Shown here in pieces: positions 25,220 through 33,677 of a stretch of 47,976 nucleotides of DNA; positions within the stretch are counted from its first letter, which is position 1, and each line of letters starts with the position of its first letter. A program made the translations under genes and the position numbers. Below the pieces are notes generated by a model, which worked only from the letters and a program-made list of their open reading frames with translations, had not been told where the DNA came from and ran no database searches. Origin of the DNA: an uncultured bacterium (GTDB lineage: Bacteria; Hydrothermota; 32-111); NCBI GenBank assembly GCA_965371715.1, contig CBDUZN010000001.1, forward strand, positions 1 to 47,976. Direction: 5' to 3'.

Positions 25220-27736
25220 ATGAAAAAAAGAGCATTTACACTTATTGAACTCCTTATAGTTGTAGTGGTTTTCAGTATTATAATGGCATCTGTTTTGGCG
25301 GTCTATATAAGTAGTCAAAGAGCAAAATATAGAATTGACAGAATGACAGAGGCACAGCAATCAGCAAGAACAGCACTTGATTTTATGATCAAGGATATTA
25401 GGGCAGCAGGTTATAATATTGATTTAGATGAAGATGCCACATCGAATCCTCAAAGACGGATTGTATATGCAAGTCCTTATGAATTAATATTTAATGCGAA
25501 TATTAAACCTGTGAATGATAATCCTGAAAACCCTATTGCTCCACAGGCAATGGATCATACAGGAATCACTCCATTTCATTATAATCCTTCAAAAAAATTT
25601 GAAACAGGTGCTGAAACAATTATCTATACACTTGATTATGATAATACTGATGGAATTATAAATGCAACTGACAGAGGTGCTTCCGAATCCGCTTTTACTC
25701 CAAATCCAGATGATTATGCTCTTGTAAAAAGGGTTTATGGATTTGATGCAGCAACCACTTCAAATGGCGGTGCAAATCAGATAGTGTCAATTGTTGGTGG
25801 ACCTGATCGATTTCCTTCACAAACATCCGGAACACCTTTGTTTTCGTATTGGTATGATAATGATGGAGATCCTTTAACACCCAATCTACTTTGGGGAGAC
25901 AATATAGTTACTGATGGTGTCTTGTCTCAGGCAGAAGCAAATAATTTAACAGCAATAACTAATCAGGATATTCTTGATAATATAAAAATCATTACTGTAA
26001 ACATAACAGGTGTTTCAAGACAGCAGTATAAAGGAGAATATTATGAAACAAATATCCAGACAGATGTATCTGTAACAAGAAATACTTCAATAGATGTATC
26101 AAATGTCATAAGTCATGTATATCTTGATGGTGGTAATGGAGATTTTGAGATGGGAGAACCAGGTATTCCAAATTTTAAGGTAAGATTAAATACAGGTGAA
26201 ATGGCTATTACAGATGCTAATGGATTATGGTCATTTGCATTAATTCCAGGTTCTTATTCTGCCTCTTGCTCTCCCGTTGTTGGATTTAGCGCTACTACTG
26301 ATTTATACTTTGATTTTGATGTTAATGATATTGATATTAATTTAATAATAGATGCAAATTTGAAAAAGTTTTTCGGGTTTCGAGTAACTCCAACCGCAAC
26401 AATTATTGGATTCGCTTTTGTTGATAGTAATGGTAATGAGAAATGGGACGCAACTGAAGAATGGTTACCCGATGTTACAATATCTACATATAATAGTTCT
26501 GCAATCACACTTGGCGGTGATCCTAATGATCCTACATATGGAACATATAATCTTACAATAAATGCTAATGAATCATTGTATGTGTGGGTAAATGCACCTA
26601 TCGGCTACTCTCCAAGTGGAATGGATACAGGTTTTGCAGCATGGGGATTTTTTAGTGATATTACTAACTATTTTGAATTGTTCCCTGAAGGAACAAGTTT
26701 TGGTATAGATATAAATTCCAATTTAATAAAATATGTAGCTCTTGGGCTTGTAGAAGCAACAGGTAATCCTCCCGATATTGAGGTTTTGGAACCAAATGGA
26801 GGTGAAATATTTCTTATTGGCGAAGTTAATGATATTAAAATTAAGGTCTATGATTTTGAAGATACATTATTAATAGATGAATTAAATTTCTATTATTCAG
26901 TTGATGCAGGAGATAATTGGACATATATTGGAAAATCTGTTACCCCTTCAATTAATGATGCCGATTCAACATATATTTACACTTGGACTCCTGACTCTCT
27001 AATAACAGGAAGTACTATATGCCTTATTAAGGTAAGTGTTACAGATTCTGACAATTGGACAATATATGATCAAAGTGATGATTATTTTACAATAGTAGGT
27101 CAGGAAGGATATAAATCATTGTACTTCACAATTGAAAAAGTTGATTCAATATATGATGAAGCAATGTTCATTATATCCAAAGGTATTAGTTCTGATAGTG
27201 CGTTACCCTATTATTGTTCCACAATTAATTCCTATGTAACTGGAATTGTTGCTGATTCATTTGAAAGTAATAATATTACAACTACTGCCGGCACACAATT
27301 TTACAATCAAAATTCAGAATATGCTGAATATGTAACTAAGAAAATGATACCTTATGCAGATACAATTTATCCAGGCAAATGGGAATTTCTTCTTATGGGA
27401 TTTGTTAATGATGATGAAACAAATTTCAAATACTATGAAATAGAGGTTTACAAAAGGGATTCATTAGGGACCCTACCATCTGAAACCCTGTTATTCTCAA
27501 CAATGGATGCTTCAACATATAATGCAGGAACATTATATCATTCCCCTCTTGGCAATGCTGAAGCAGTTGATACTATTTTAGTTACAACAAATGCATTTAG
27601 TATGGATAGAAGTAATAGATTATATTTTAAATTATTTTGGTCTGGTTCATATAACACAAAGAAAGCATACAAAAATATTCAATTTCACTTTGGCGGTGAA
27701 TCAAAATCAATTGTTAAACTGCCATCAAAACCATAA
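25220..27736 (+). CDS. Giant PilW/GspJ-like minor pilin (838 aa) with a C-terminal adhesin-like extension
   Basis: MKKRA|FTLIELLIVVVVFSIIMASVLAVY, then PilW-like AQQSARTALDFMIKDIRAAGYN. Downstream are beta-sandwich-like segments (VYLDGGNGDFEMGEPGIPNFKVRLNTGEMAITDANGLWSF; LEPNGGEIFLIGE...YYSVDAGDNWTYIG...DQSDDYFTI). RBS AAGGAG precedes the ATG at 25220. Confidence 0.75.
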   Translation: MKKRAFTLIELLIVVVVFSIIMASVLAVYISSQRAKYRIDRMTEAQQSARTALDFMIKDIRAAGYNIDLDEDATSNPQRRIVYASPYELIFNANIKPVNDNPENPIAPQAMDHTGITPFHYNPSKKFETGAETIIYTLDYDNTDGIINATDRGASESAFTPNPDDYALVKRVYGFDAATTSNGGANQIVSIVGGPDRFPSQTSGTPLFSYWYDNDGDPLTPNLLWGDNIVTDGVLSQAEANNLTAITNQDILDNIKIITVNITGVSRQQYKGEYYETNIQTDVSVTRNTSIDVSNVISHVYLDGGNGDFEMGEPGIPNFKVRLNTGEMAITDANGLWSFALIPGSYSASCSPVVGFSATTDLYFDFDVNDIDINLIIDANLKKFFGFRVTPTATIIGFAFVDSNGNEKWDATEEWLPDVTISTYNSSAITLGGDPNDPTYGTYNLTINANESLYVWVNAPIGYSPSGMDTGFAAWGFFSDITNYFELFPEGTSFGIDINSNLIKYVALGLVEATGNPPDIEVLEPNGGEIFLIGEVNDIKIKVYDFEDTLLIDELNFYYSVDAGDNWTYIGKSVTPSINDADSTYIYTWTPDSLITGSTICLIKVSVTDSDNWTIYDQSDDYFTIVGQEGYKSLYFTIEKVDSIYDEAMFIISKGISSDSALPYYCSTINSYVTGIVADSFESNNITTTAGTQFYNQNSEYAEYVTKKMIPYADTIYPGKWEFLLMGFVNDDETNFKYYEIEVYKRDSLGTLPSETLLFSTMDASTYNAGTLYHSPLGNAEAVDTILVTTNAFSMDRSNRLYFKLFWSGSYNTKKAYKNIQFHFGGESKSIVKLPSKP

Positions 27737-27747
27737 AGGAGAATAGT

Positions 27748-29247
27748 ATGAAAAAACAAGGCATTGCCTTAGTCACAACAATTATGGTATTAATGGTATT
27801 AACTCTTTTATCAGTAGGACTAATGTTCACAATAAAAAATGAAACCGCCATATCCATTTATCAGGTAAACAATGTAAAAACCGTTCAAATTGCAGAGGCA
27901 GCATTGGATGAAATTAAATATAGAATGAAACTTGATAAATCCAATATTGCATCTATTGGTGATACCCTTAATCCTTTAAATCCTGATTGGACAACTTATG
28001 TTATATTTGGGACTCCTCCTGCAAATACTGCTGATATATTCTATACAAAATCAATACAATGTTCTATTATAGGATATGATGAGAATAATCCTGAATTGGA
28101 TTATACCTCTATTTCTTTTGATGCAAATTTATCATTGAAAGTTAGGCACAAAACCAATTCTACAGGTACAATGATTTATTATTTTGACAGTAAATCCCAA
28201 AGACAATTTTTGGGATCTCCGGCACTTGTCGAAATGTATCCGCCTGTTGAAATAGTGGAAATCACCGCAAGAAGCGGTAATGCAGTAAAACAAATAACTG
28301 CTGAAATTTCCAAACAGGAAATTGAAGTAATGGTGTTTTCAGCTCTATCATCAGCAACATTAACATGGCAAATGACAGGAAATACGGATGTATATATTTG
28401 TGGTCACAATCACAAATTATCAACAGATTACCATGTATGTCCATTTTATCCACTTACAGATGGACCAAATAAAGATGTAGATGGACAGGCAGCAGTATCC
28501 TGCTGGACAGAGGATGGGTTTGGCATTCCTGTGTCTCATGTAGAAGCACCCTTTGATGCAACTGACCATCCTACATTTAATCATTGGTACTTTAATATAG
28601 GATTAGGTACATTCCAGGCAAATAGAATTGAATATGATGCATTTTGTTCACAGGTTGGTTGTGTAGCCGGTATTGCTACAACATCTGCAGGAATAGGCAA
28701 TTATGGAGCAATGAAATCTCATATATTCGGTAATCCCGATTTTATTGTAAGACAAAATATATCAGTTCCTGAAATTTGGGAATTACTTGGTTTTCCAACT
28801 GAAGCCGCATTGGATATTGAAGCAGATAAACGCGGTGGATGGATTTTGACCGATGATGAAGGAGTTGGTCTTCTTAATGCTATAGATGATGATGATATAA
28901 AATTCTATAAGCTTCCTGATGGAACAGTATTACCCAAATCAAATACTTATCTGAAAACCAGAGGAATAATATGGGCTTTAGGTGATTTATCTTTACGAGC
29001 AGGAGGTAATAATCAGGGACTTTATCATAAAGGACTAATTTATGTTCAAAATGATTTCAGTGAACAGGCTCCTGGTGGCAATTTTGATTTTTGGATACTT
29101 GGAGCAATGGCAATAAAAGGTCATATTGCGGATATGCATACATCGGGAAATAAGCGATTATTCTTTATGTATTCAAATGATGCATTAACTGAATCCGTTA
29201 GTTCTGCATCATATTTTAAAATACTTGGATGGAAGGAAAATAATTAA
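27748..29247 (+). CDS. PilX/GspK-like minor pilin (499 aa)
   Basis: MKKQG|IALVTTIMVLMVLTLLSVGLMF lacks Glu+5, as PilX_N/GspK-type subunits do. It follows the PilW-like gene by 11 nt with RBS AAGGAG. Confidence 0.7.
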   Translation: MKKQGIALVTTIMVLMVLTLLSVGLMFTIKNETAISIYQVNNVKTVQIAEAALDEIKYRMKLDKSNIASIGDTLNPLNPDWTTYVIFGTPPANTADIFYTKSIQCSIIGYDENNPELDYTSISFDANLSLKVRHKTNSTGTMIYYFDSKSQRQFLGSPALVEMYPPVEIVEITARSGNAVKQITAEISKQEIEVMVFSALSSATLTWQMTGNTDVYICGHNHKLSTDYHVCPFYPLTDGPNKDVDGQAAVSCWTEDGFGIPVSHVEAPFDATDHPTFNHWYFNIGLGTFQANRIEYDAFCSQVGCVAGIATTSAGIGNYGAMKSHIFGNPDFIVRQNISVPEIWELLGFPTEAALDIEADKRGGWILTDDEGVGLLNAIDDDDIKFYKLPDGTVLPKSNTYLKTRGIIWALGDLSLRAGGNNQGLYHKGLIYVQNDFSEQAPGGNFDFWILGAMAIKGHIADMHTSGNKRLFFMYSNDALTESVSSASYFKILGWKENN

Positions 29248-29286
29248 TAAAAAATGGAATAATCCATTTAGCTTTATTGGAGTTAG

Positions 29287-29808
29287 ATGAAAAGTTATCT
29301 TATTGATGAATTAAATGAACATGGTGAATTTATGAATGAAGAGGATATTGCTAAATTCATTATTCAGGCATATACTGGTCCATTTCATAGAATAAAAACA
29401 AAACCCAATGAAAAGCAGATCAAAAAGCAGATGATTAGTGAATTTAAATTGAACTTCAAGAAAACAAAACAAAAAGAAATTTTTCAGCAGGTTTCAGAAA
29501 ATGTTTTGCGTCTCCATTTGGTTCCATTTATTAGAAAATACAAATCAGCAGATATATGCTGCGGTATGTTTATTAAAAATTTTGATTATTTTGAGGAATC
29601 CTATGCTTCAACAATACCAATAGATGATATAGCAAAATTACTTTCTGAAACAGGGATAATGGAAAATGAAGCAATTATTTCAATCATTAATAGATTCAAC
29701 AATAATAATTTTGTACCATCCCATTCAGATTCTTACAAGGAACATTATAATCCTGCATATGTTGTAGTGCTAAATGATGTGATTAGGGAATATATTACAG
29801 TATTATGA
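29287..29808 (+). CDS. Hypothetical soluble protein
   Basis: 173-aa ORF 39 nt after the pilX-like stop, with GGAG upstream. No recognisable motif. Confidence 0.55.
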   Translation: MKSYLIDELNEHGEFMNEEDIAKFIIQAYTGPFHRIKTKPNEKQIKKQMISEFKLNFKKTKQKEIFQQVSENVLRLHLVPFIRKYKSADICCGMFIKNFDYFEESYASTIPIDDIAKLLSETGIMENEAIISIINRFNNNNFVPSHSDSYKEHYNPAYVVVLNDVIREYITVL

Positions 29809-30572
29809 AAAAAATAATGTTAATAATTATTCTCTCTTTAACTATAATTTTTATTTTATTTTTTTTACTAACTAATAAAACCACCATTGCTTCTGTAAAT
29901 AATTCAAAAATATACAGAAAAGATATTGAGATCCATAAGAATATAAGAATTATTCTTGATGATATTGATAATTATTCTAATGAAAATTCTCTTTTTGATA
30001 TTTTGAGAAATACGGTTTTTATTGAGTTATGCAAAATATATAAAATAGATATTTCAAAAAATGCTTTAAATAAATTTGAGAAGGATCAATTTTCAAACAA
30101 TTCTAAGATTAGTAAAATAAAAGTATTGCTTGGAGAACACTTTGCTCACCATTTTCTTTTGCCATACTATTCTAATTATCAATTTGTATTTCACGCATTA
30201 AGCGATACTATTAAATTTCAAAAGGAAAGATTTAATGAAGCAAGGAACATTTTGAATAATTGGAAAGAAGATTATTCAGTTTTTCTTAATGATAATACTG
30301 AGTATTTTGAATCCCATAATACTTCATTTGACAGGGGAAGCATTATTGATAATTTTTCAGGCAAATACCTTAATAGTGATATCTCATATTATTATGTTAT
30401 TAGATATGAAAATAATAATATTTTTGGTATGCGAGTCAAAAAGGTGAGCATTGAAGATATAATAAAATCCATTTCATCTTATATCAATATTGAATTGTAT
30501 GATGAAAAACTTGCTCATTCATTATATAAAATTGCTAATGAAACCTATTGGAGTGAAATCATTTTCAAATGA
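29805..30572 (+). CDS. Hypothetical membrane-anchored protein (weakly SurA-N/chaperone-like)
   Basis: N-terminal TM MKKIMLIIILSLTIIFILFFLL. 4-nt ATGA overlap with the upstream gene. Confidence 0.55.
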   Translation: MKKIMLIIILSLTIIFILFFLLTNKTTIASVNNSKIYRKDIEIHKNIRIILDDIDNYSNENSLFDILRNTVFIELCKIYKIDISKNALNKFEKDQFSNNSKISKIKVLLGEHFAHHFLLPYYSNYQFVFHALSDTIKFQKERFNEARNILNNWKEDYSVFLNDNTEYFESHNTSFDRGSIIDNFSGKYLNSDISYYYVIRYENNNIFGMRVKKVSIEDIIKSISSYINIELYDEKLAHSLYKIANETYWSEIIFK

Positions 30573-31453
30573 TTGATGTTTTTTTTGATAGAAATTATCT
30601 ACTTCACTATAATCAAATAGTTATTAAAAAAGATAATTCAAGAATACCCTTTTCAATTGTTGAGTATAACAACCTCCGATCTCTGATATCAATCGGCTAT
30701 CAAGGACCCATTTCATTAAATAGCAGTATTAATGCCGATAATCTTCTATCTGAAATAAAGAATACTGCTCTAAAAAATAATATTGTTACGGTCTTTATTC
30801 GTTATAATCCAGTTCTTGAAAATCATCTGCTCTTCAAAAATATCATTCCCATTGAAACAGCATCATCATGTTTTATAATTGATACAAAGAATGATTTTGA
30901 TAATTATCTTAATAAGCGTCCACCTCGTTTACTTAGTATTCTAAAAAGCAAACCTAAATCCAATATAAGAACAAATATTCATATTGAAAAAAGTATAATA
31001 AAGAATGCCCTGATTTATAATAATGAGTATATTAACAGTATTGAAAATATTAAGCATTTGATTAATAGTGAACTTGCTGTACTTATTCAGGCATTTAATG
31101 AAGATGAAGAAATAGCTGCATCTATTTTTCTCAAGAATAGTAATAGTACTATATATGCACTAAATTACTCATCTGAAAAAGGGAAAAAAGAATATGCAAA
31201 CATATTTATATTAATGCATTTTATTGAATATGCTTTTAGTTCAGGAATAGACGCAATCTATTTGGGGGCAGGATTAAATGATAATGATTCACTTGCACTT
31301 TTCAAGAAGCAATTTTCTACTCATACAAATAATGTATATCATTCAAAATTGATTATTAATAAATCTGTTTATAACAAATACAATAATGGAAATAATTATT
31401 TCCCTTCCTGGCTTGAAAAGAAAAGCATTCCATCCCTTATCCAAAAAATGTAG
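30569..31453 (+). CDS. FemAB-like / GNAT-fold (Acetyltransf_6-like) protein
   Basis: C-terminal half (IAASIFLKNSNSTIYALNYSSEKGKKEYANIFILMHFIEYAFSSGIDAIYLGAG...LALFKKQFST) resembles FemAB/BioF2-like acyltransferase domains. 4-nt ATGA overlap upstream. Assignment is by eye only. Confidence 0.5.
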   Translation: MIDVFFDRNYLLHYNQIVIKKDNSRIPFSIVEYNNLRSLISIGYQGPISLNSSINADNLLSEIKNTALKNNIVTVFIRYNPVLENHLLFKNIIPIETASSCFIIDTKNDFDNYLNKRPPRLLSILKSKPKSNIRTNIHIEKSIIKNALIYNNEYINSIENIKHLINSELAVLIQAFNEDEEIAASIFLKNSNSTIYALNYSSEKGKKEYANIFILMHFIEYAFSSGIDAIYLGAGLNDNDSLALFKKQFSTHTNNVYHSKLIINKSVYNKYNNGNNYFPSWLEKKSIPSLIQKM

Positions 31454-31508
31454 TTTCTATTTATTAATTTTATATTTTTCTTCTCCCATTTATCCATATT
31501 TCTTTCAT

Positions 31509-31680
31509 CTCTGCCTCCGTGTATCATTCCTGCGAAGGTTTATTCCGAATAATTTGAGGTACATTCTGAGTAATTCGAAGAATGTATTAATCAAAACAGG
31601 AATAATTTGAGGAATATGTTAATCTTTGGAATCCAGTATTATCTTTCTTTTCTTTCTTCTCTTTTTTTTCTTTGCCAGCA
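31509..31680 (-). repeat. Mosaic intergenic element in reverse orientation
   Basis: Loop-family hairpin 31560-31586 (TACATTCT / GAGTAATTCGA / AGAATGTA). Its reverse complement ATTCTTCGAATTACTCAGAATGTAC is identical to 451-475. Half-copies at 31539-31560 and 31597-31620. Polypyrimidine tract 31641-31676, the reverse of the purine tract seen at 341-378 and 9822-9848. Confidence 0.8.
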
Positions 31681-31708
31681 TACTCAGCGTACTAGTTACT
31701 TCTCCTTC

Positions 31709-32590
31709 TTATCCAAGCGATGCCATTGCAATAGACATTTTCTTTGTAATTTCATTATCAGAGCGTGAAAGAAGTACAATGGGACATTTTGCTCCAACAA
31801 TAATACCTGCAACCTTTGAATCAGCCATATATATAAGTGCCTTTGCAAGAATATTGCCTGATGCAATATCGGGAACCACAAGAATATCTGCATCCCCTGC
31901 AACAGGACTGCTTATTTTTTTATGTTTTGCTGATTCCTTTGATATTGCCAGATCAAATGCCAATGGTCCATCAACAATACCATTAATTTGTTTCCTTTGT
32001 GACATCTTTGCAAGAAGTGATGCATCAATTGTTTCAGGCATATCAGGATTCACCTTCTCAATTGCAGCAAGAACAGCAATCTTTGGTTCGGAAATACCCA
32101 ATTTTTTATAAAAATCAGCAGCATTATTTATAATATCTATTTTTGTTTTTAAATCAGGTTTTATATTCATTCCGCCATCTGTAATAATAAATGGTTTATG
32201 ATATTTATCAATTTCAAACAATGCAATATGCGAAAGCAAGCGCCCTGTTCTTAGCCCCCACTCCTTATTTAATACGCCCTTTAAAAGAATTGATGTATCC
32301 ACATAGCCCTTCATTAAAAATTGCGCATCACCACTATTAATTAATTCCACTGCCTTTTTTACTGCTTTTGCTTTATCCTTTTCATCAATGATCTTAAAAA
32401 CATCAAGGTCTATATTTCTTTCCTTTGCAATTTTCTCCATATTATCTTTGTTTCCTACAAATATTGACTTTGATATGCCTTCCTTATATGCATCATAACA
32501 TGCCTGCATAACTTTAGGATCATCAGCACATGCAACAGAAAGTGTTTTTTGATTGTCTTTTGCTTTTTCAATAACATCATTAAATTTCAT
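31709..32590 (-). CDS. ptb: Phosphate butyryltransferase / phosphate acyltransferase
   Basis: PTA_PTB-family pattern: TLSVACADDPKVMQACYDAYKEGI...IFVGNKD, MKGYVDTS, and C-terminal ILLSRSD. Confidence 0.78.
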   Translation of the reverse strand: MKFNDVIEKAKDNQKTLSVACADDPKVMQACYDAYKEGISKSIFVGNKDNMEKIAKERNIDLDVFKIIDEKDKAKAVKKAVELINSGDAQFLMKGYVDTSILLKGVLNKEWGLRTGRLLSHIALFEIDKYHKPFIITDGGMNIKPDLKTKIDIINNAADFYKKLGISEPKIAVLAAIEKVNPDMPETIDASLLAKMSQRKQINGIVDGPLAFDLAISKESAKHKKISSPVAGDADILVVPDIASGNILAKALIYMADSKVAGIIVGAKCPIVLLSRSDNEITKKMSIAMASLG

Positions 32591-33677
32591 TTAACAACTC
32601 CTTAAATTTTTCAATAAATATATGATTCTCCTGTTCCCTGCCAATAGTAATTCTTATAAATGCTGGCAATCCATAATTAGTAAGAGGTCTTATTATAATA
32701 CTCTTCTTCTGTAATTCAGTGAAAATTTGTTTTGCATCTCTCTCTGTATCAAATGTAATAAAATTTGTAAATGACTCTATAGGATTAAATCCAAGAAGTT
32801 CAATCTCGTTTTTTAAAAACTTTTTACCTTTATCATTTTCTTTTCTACACATTTCAATAAACCTATCATCATCTAATGCTGCTCCTGCTGCCCTTTGAGC
32901 AAGTAAATTCACATTAAATGGAAGTCTTACTTTTGATATGTTTTCAATTAATTCTTTATTTCCAATCATATAGCCAACTCGCAATCCTGCAAGTCCATAA
33001 ATTTTTGAAAATGTTGATAGAATAATCAAATTTTTATGTTTTTTCATTAATTCAACTGTTTTTATTCTACTATTTTTATCTAAATATTCATCATATGCCT
33101 CATCCATAATGATCAAAGTATCTTCATTTGTATTTCTTAGTACATAATCAATTTCATCTGCATTAAGCATTGTTCCAATTGGATTTGCCGGATTATCAAT
33201 ATACAATATTCTACTATCACTTTTATTTGCTGATTCTACTAATGCTTCAATATCATGGCAAAAATCCTTCATTGGAACATTTATTGTATTAGCACCTACA
33301 ACGATTGGGCTAATAAGTGACATTATGAATGCATATTCAGACCTCACAAGATAATCCTCTTTATTCATAATTGATGTTACAATAAAGTGCAGTACTTCAA
33401 CAGATCCATTTCCTATTAATACATTTTCCATATTGCAATCATATTTTTCACTTATCTGTTTTTTTAAATAAAAACTACTATCATCAGGGTATGAGTTCAC
33501 ATTCATAATTGATTGTTTTAAGACCTCCAATGATTTAGGCGATGGACCAAAAGGATTCTCATTTGATGCTAATTTAATGATTTCTCCCTTTAGATTTAAT
33601 TCCCTTTTAAGTTCCTCAATAGGTTTACCATGAACATAAGGTTTAATACGATTTAGATTTTCAATAAATTTAATCAT
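32580..33677 (-). CDS. hisC: Histidinol-phosphate / aromatic aminotransferase (class II PLP)
   Basis: LASNENPFGPSP. PLP-lysine motif FSKIYGLAGLRVGY. 365 aa. Confidence 0.82.
   Translation of the reverse strand: MIKFIENLNRIKPYVHGKPIEELKRELNLKGEIIKLASNENPFGPSPKSLEVLKQSIMNVNSYPDDSSFYLKKQISEKYDCNMENVLIGNGSVEVLHFIVTSIMNKEDYLVRSEYAFIMSLISPIVVGANTINVPMKDFCHDIEALVESANKSDSRILYIDNPANPIGTMLNADEIDYVLRNTNEDTLIIMDEAYDEYLDKNSRIKTVELMKKHKNLIILSTFSKIYGLAGLRVGYMIGNKELIENISKVRLPFNVNLLAQRAAGAALDDDRFIEMCRKENDKGKKFLKNEIELLGFNPIESFTNFITFDTERDAKQIFTELQKKSIIIRPLTNYGLPAFIRITIGREQENHIFIEKFKELLNEI

Noticed and set aside
31626-32111. 161-aa plus-strand ORF, together with many other antisense ORFs in the track (for example 3171-3515, 4564-4980, 5694-6257, 11408-11764, 19539-19868, 34194-34574, 45821-46162)
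   Set aside because: All lie opposite well-supported conserved genes and have low-complexity, hydrophobic, AT-codon-driven sequences. These are typical shadow ORFs of an AT-rich genome.
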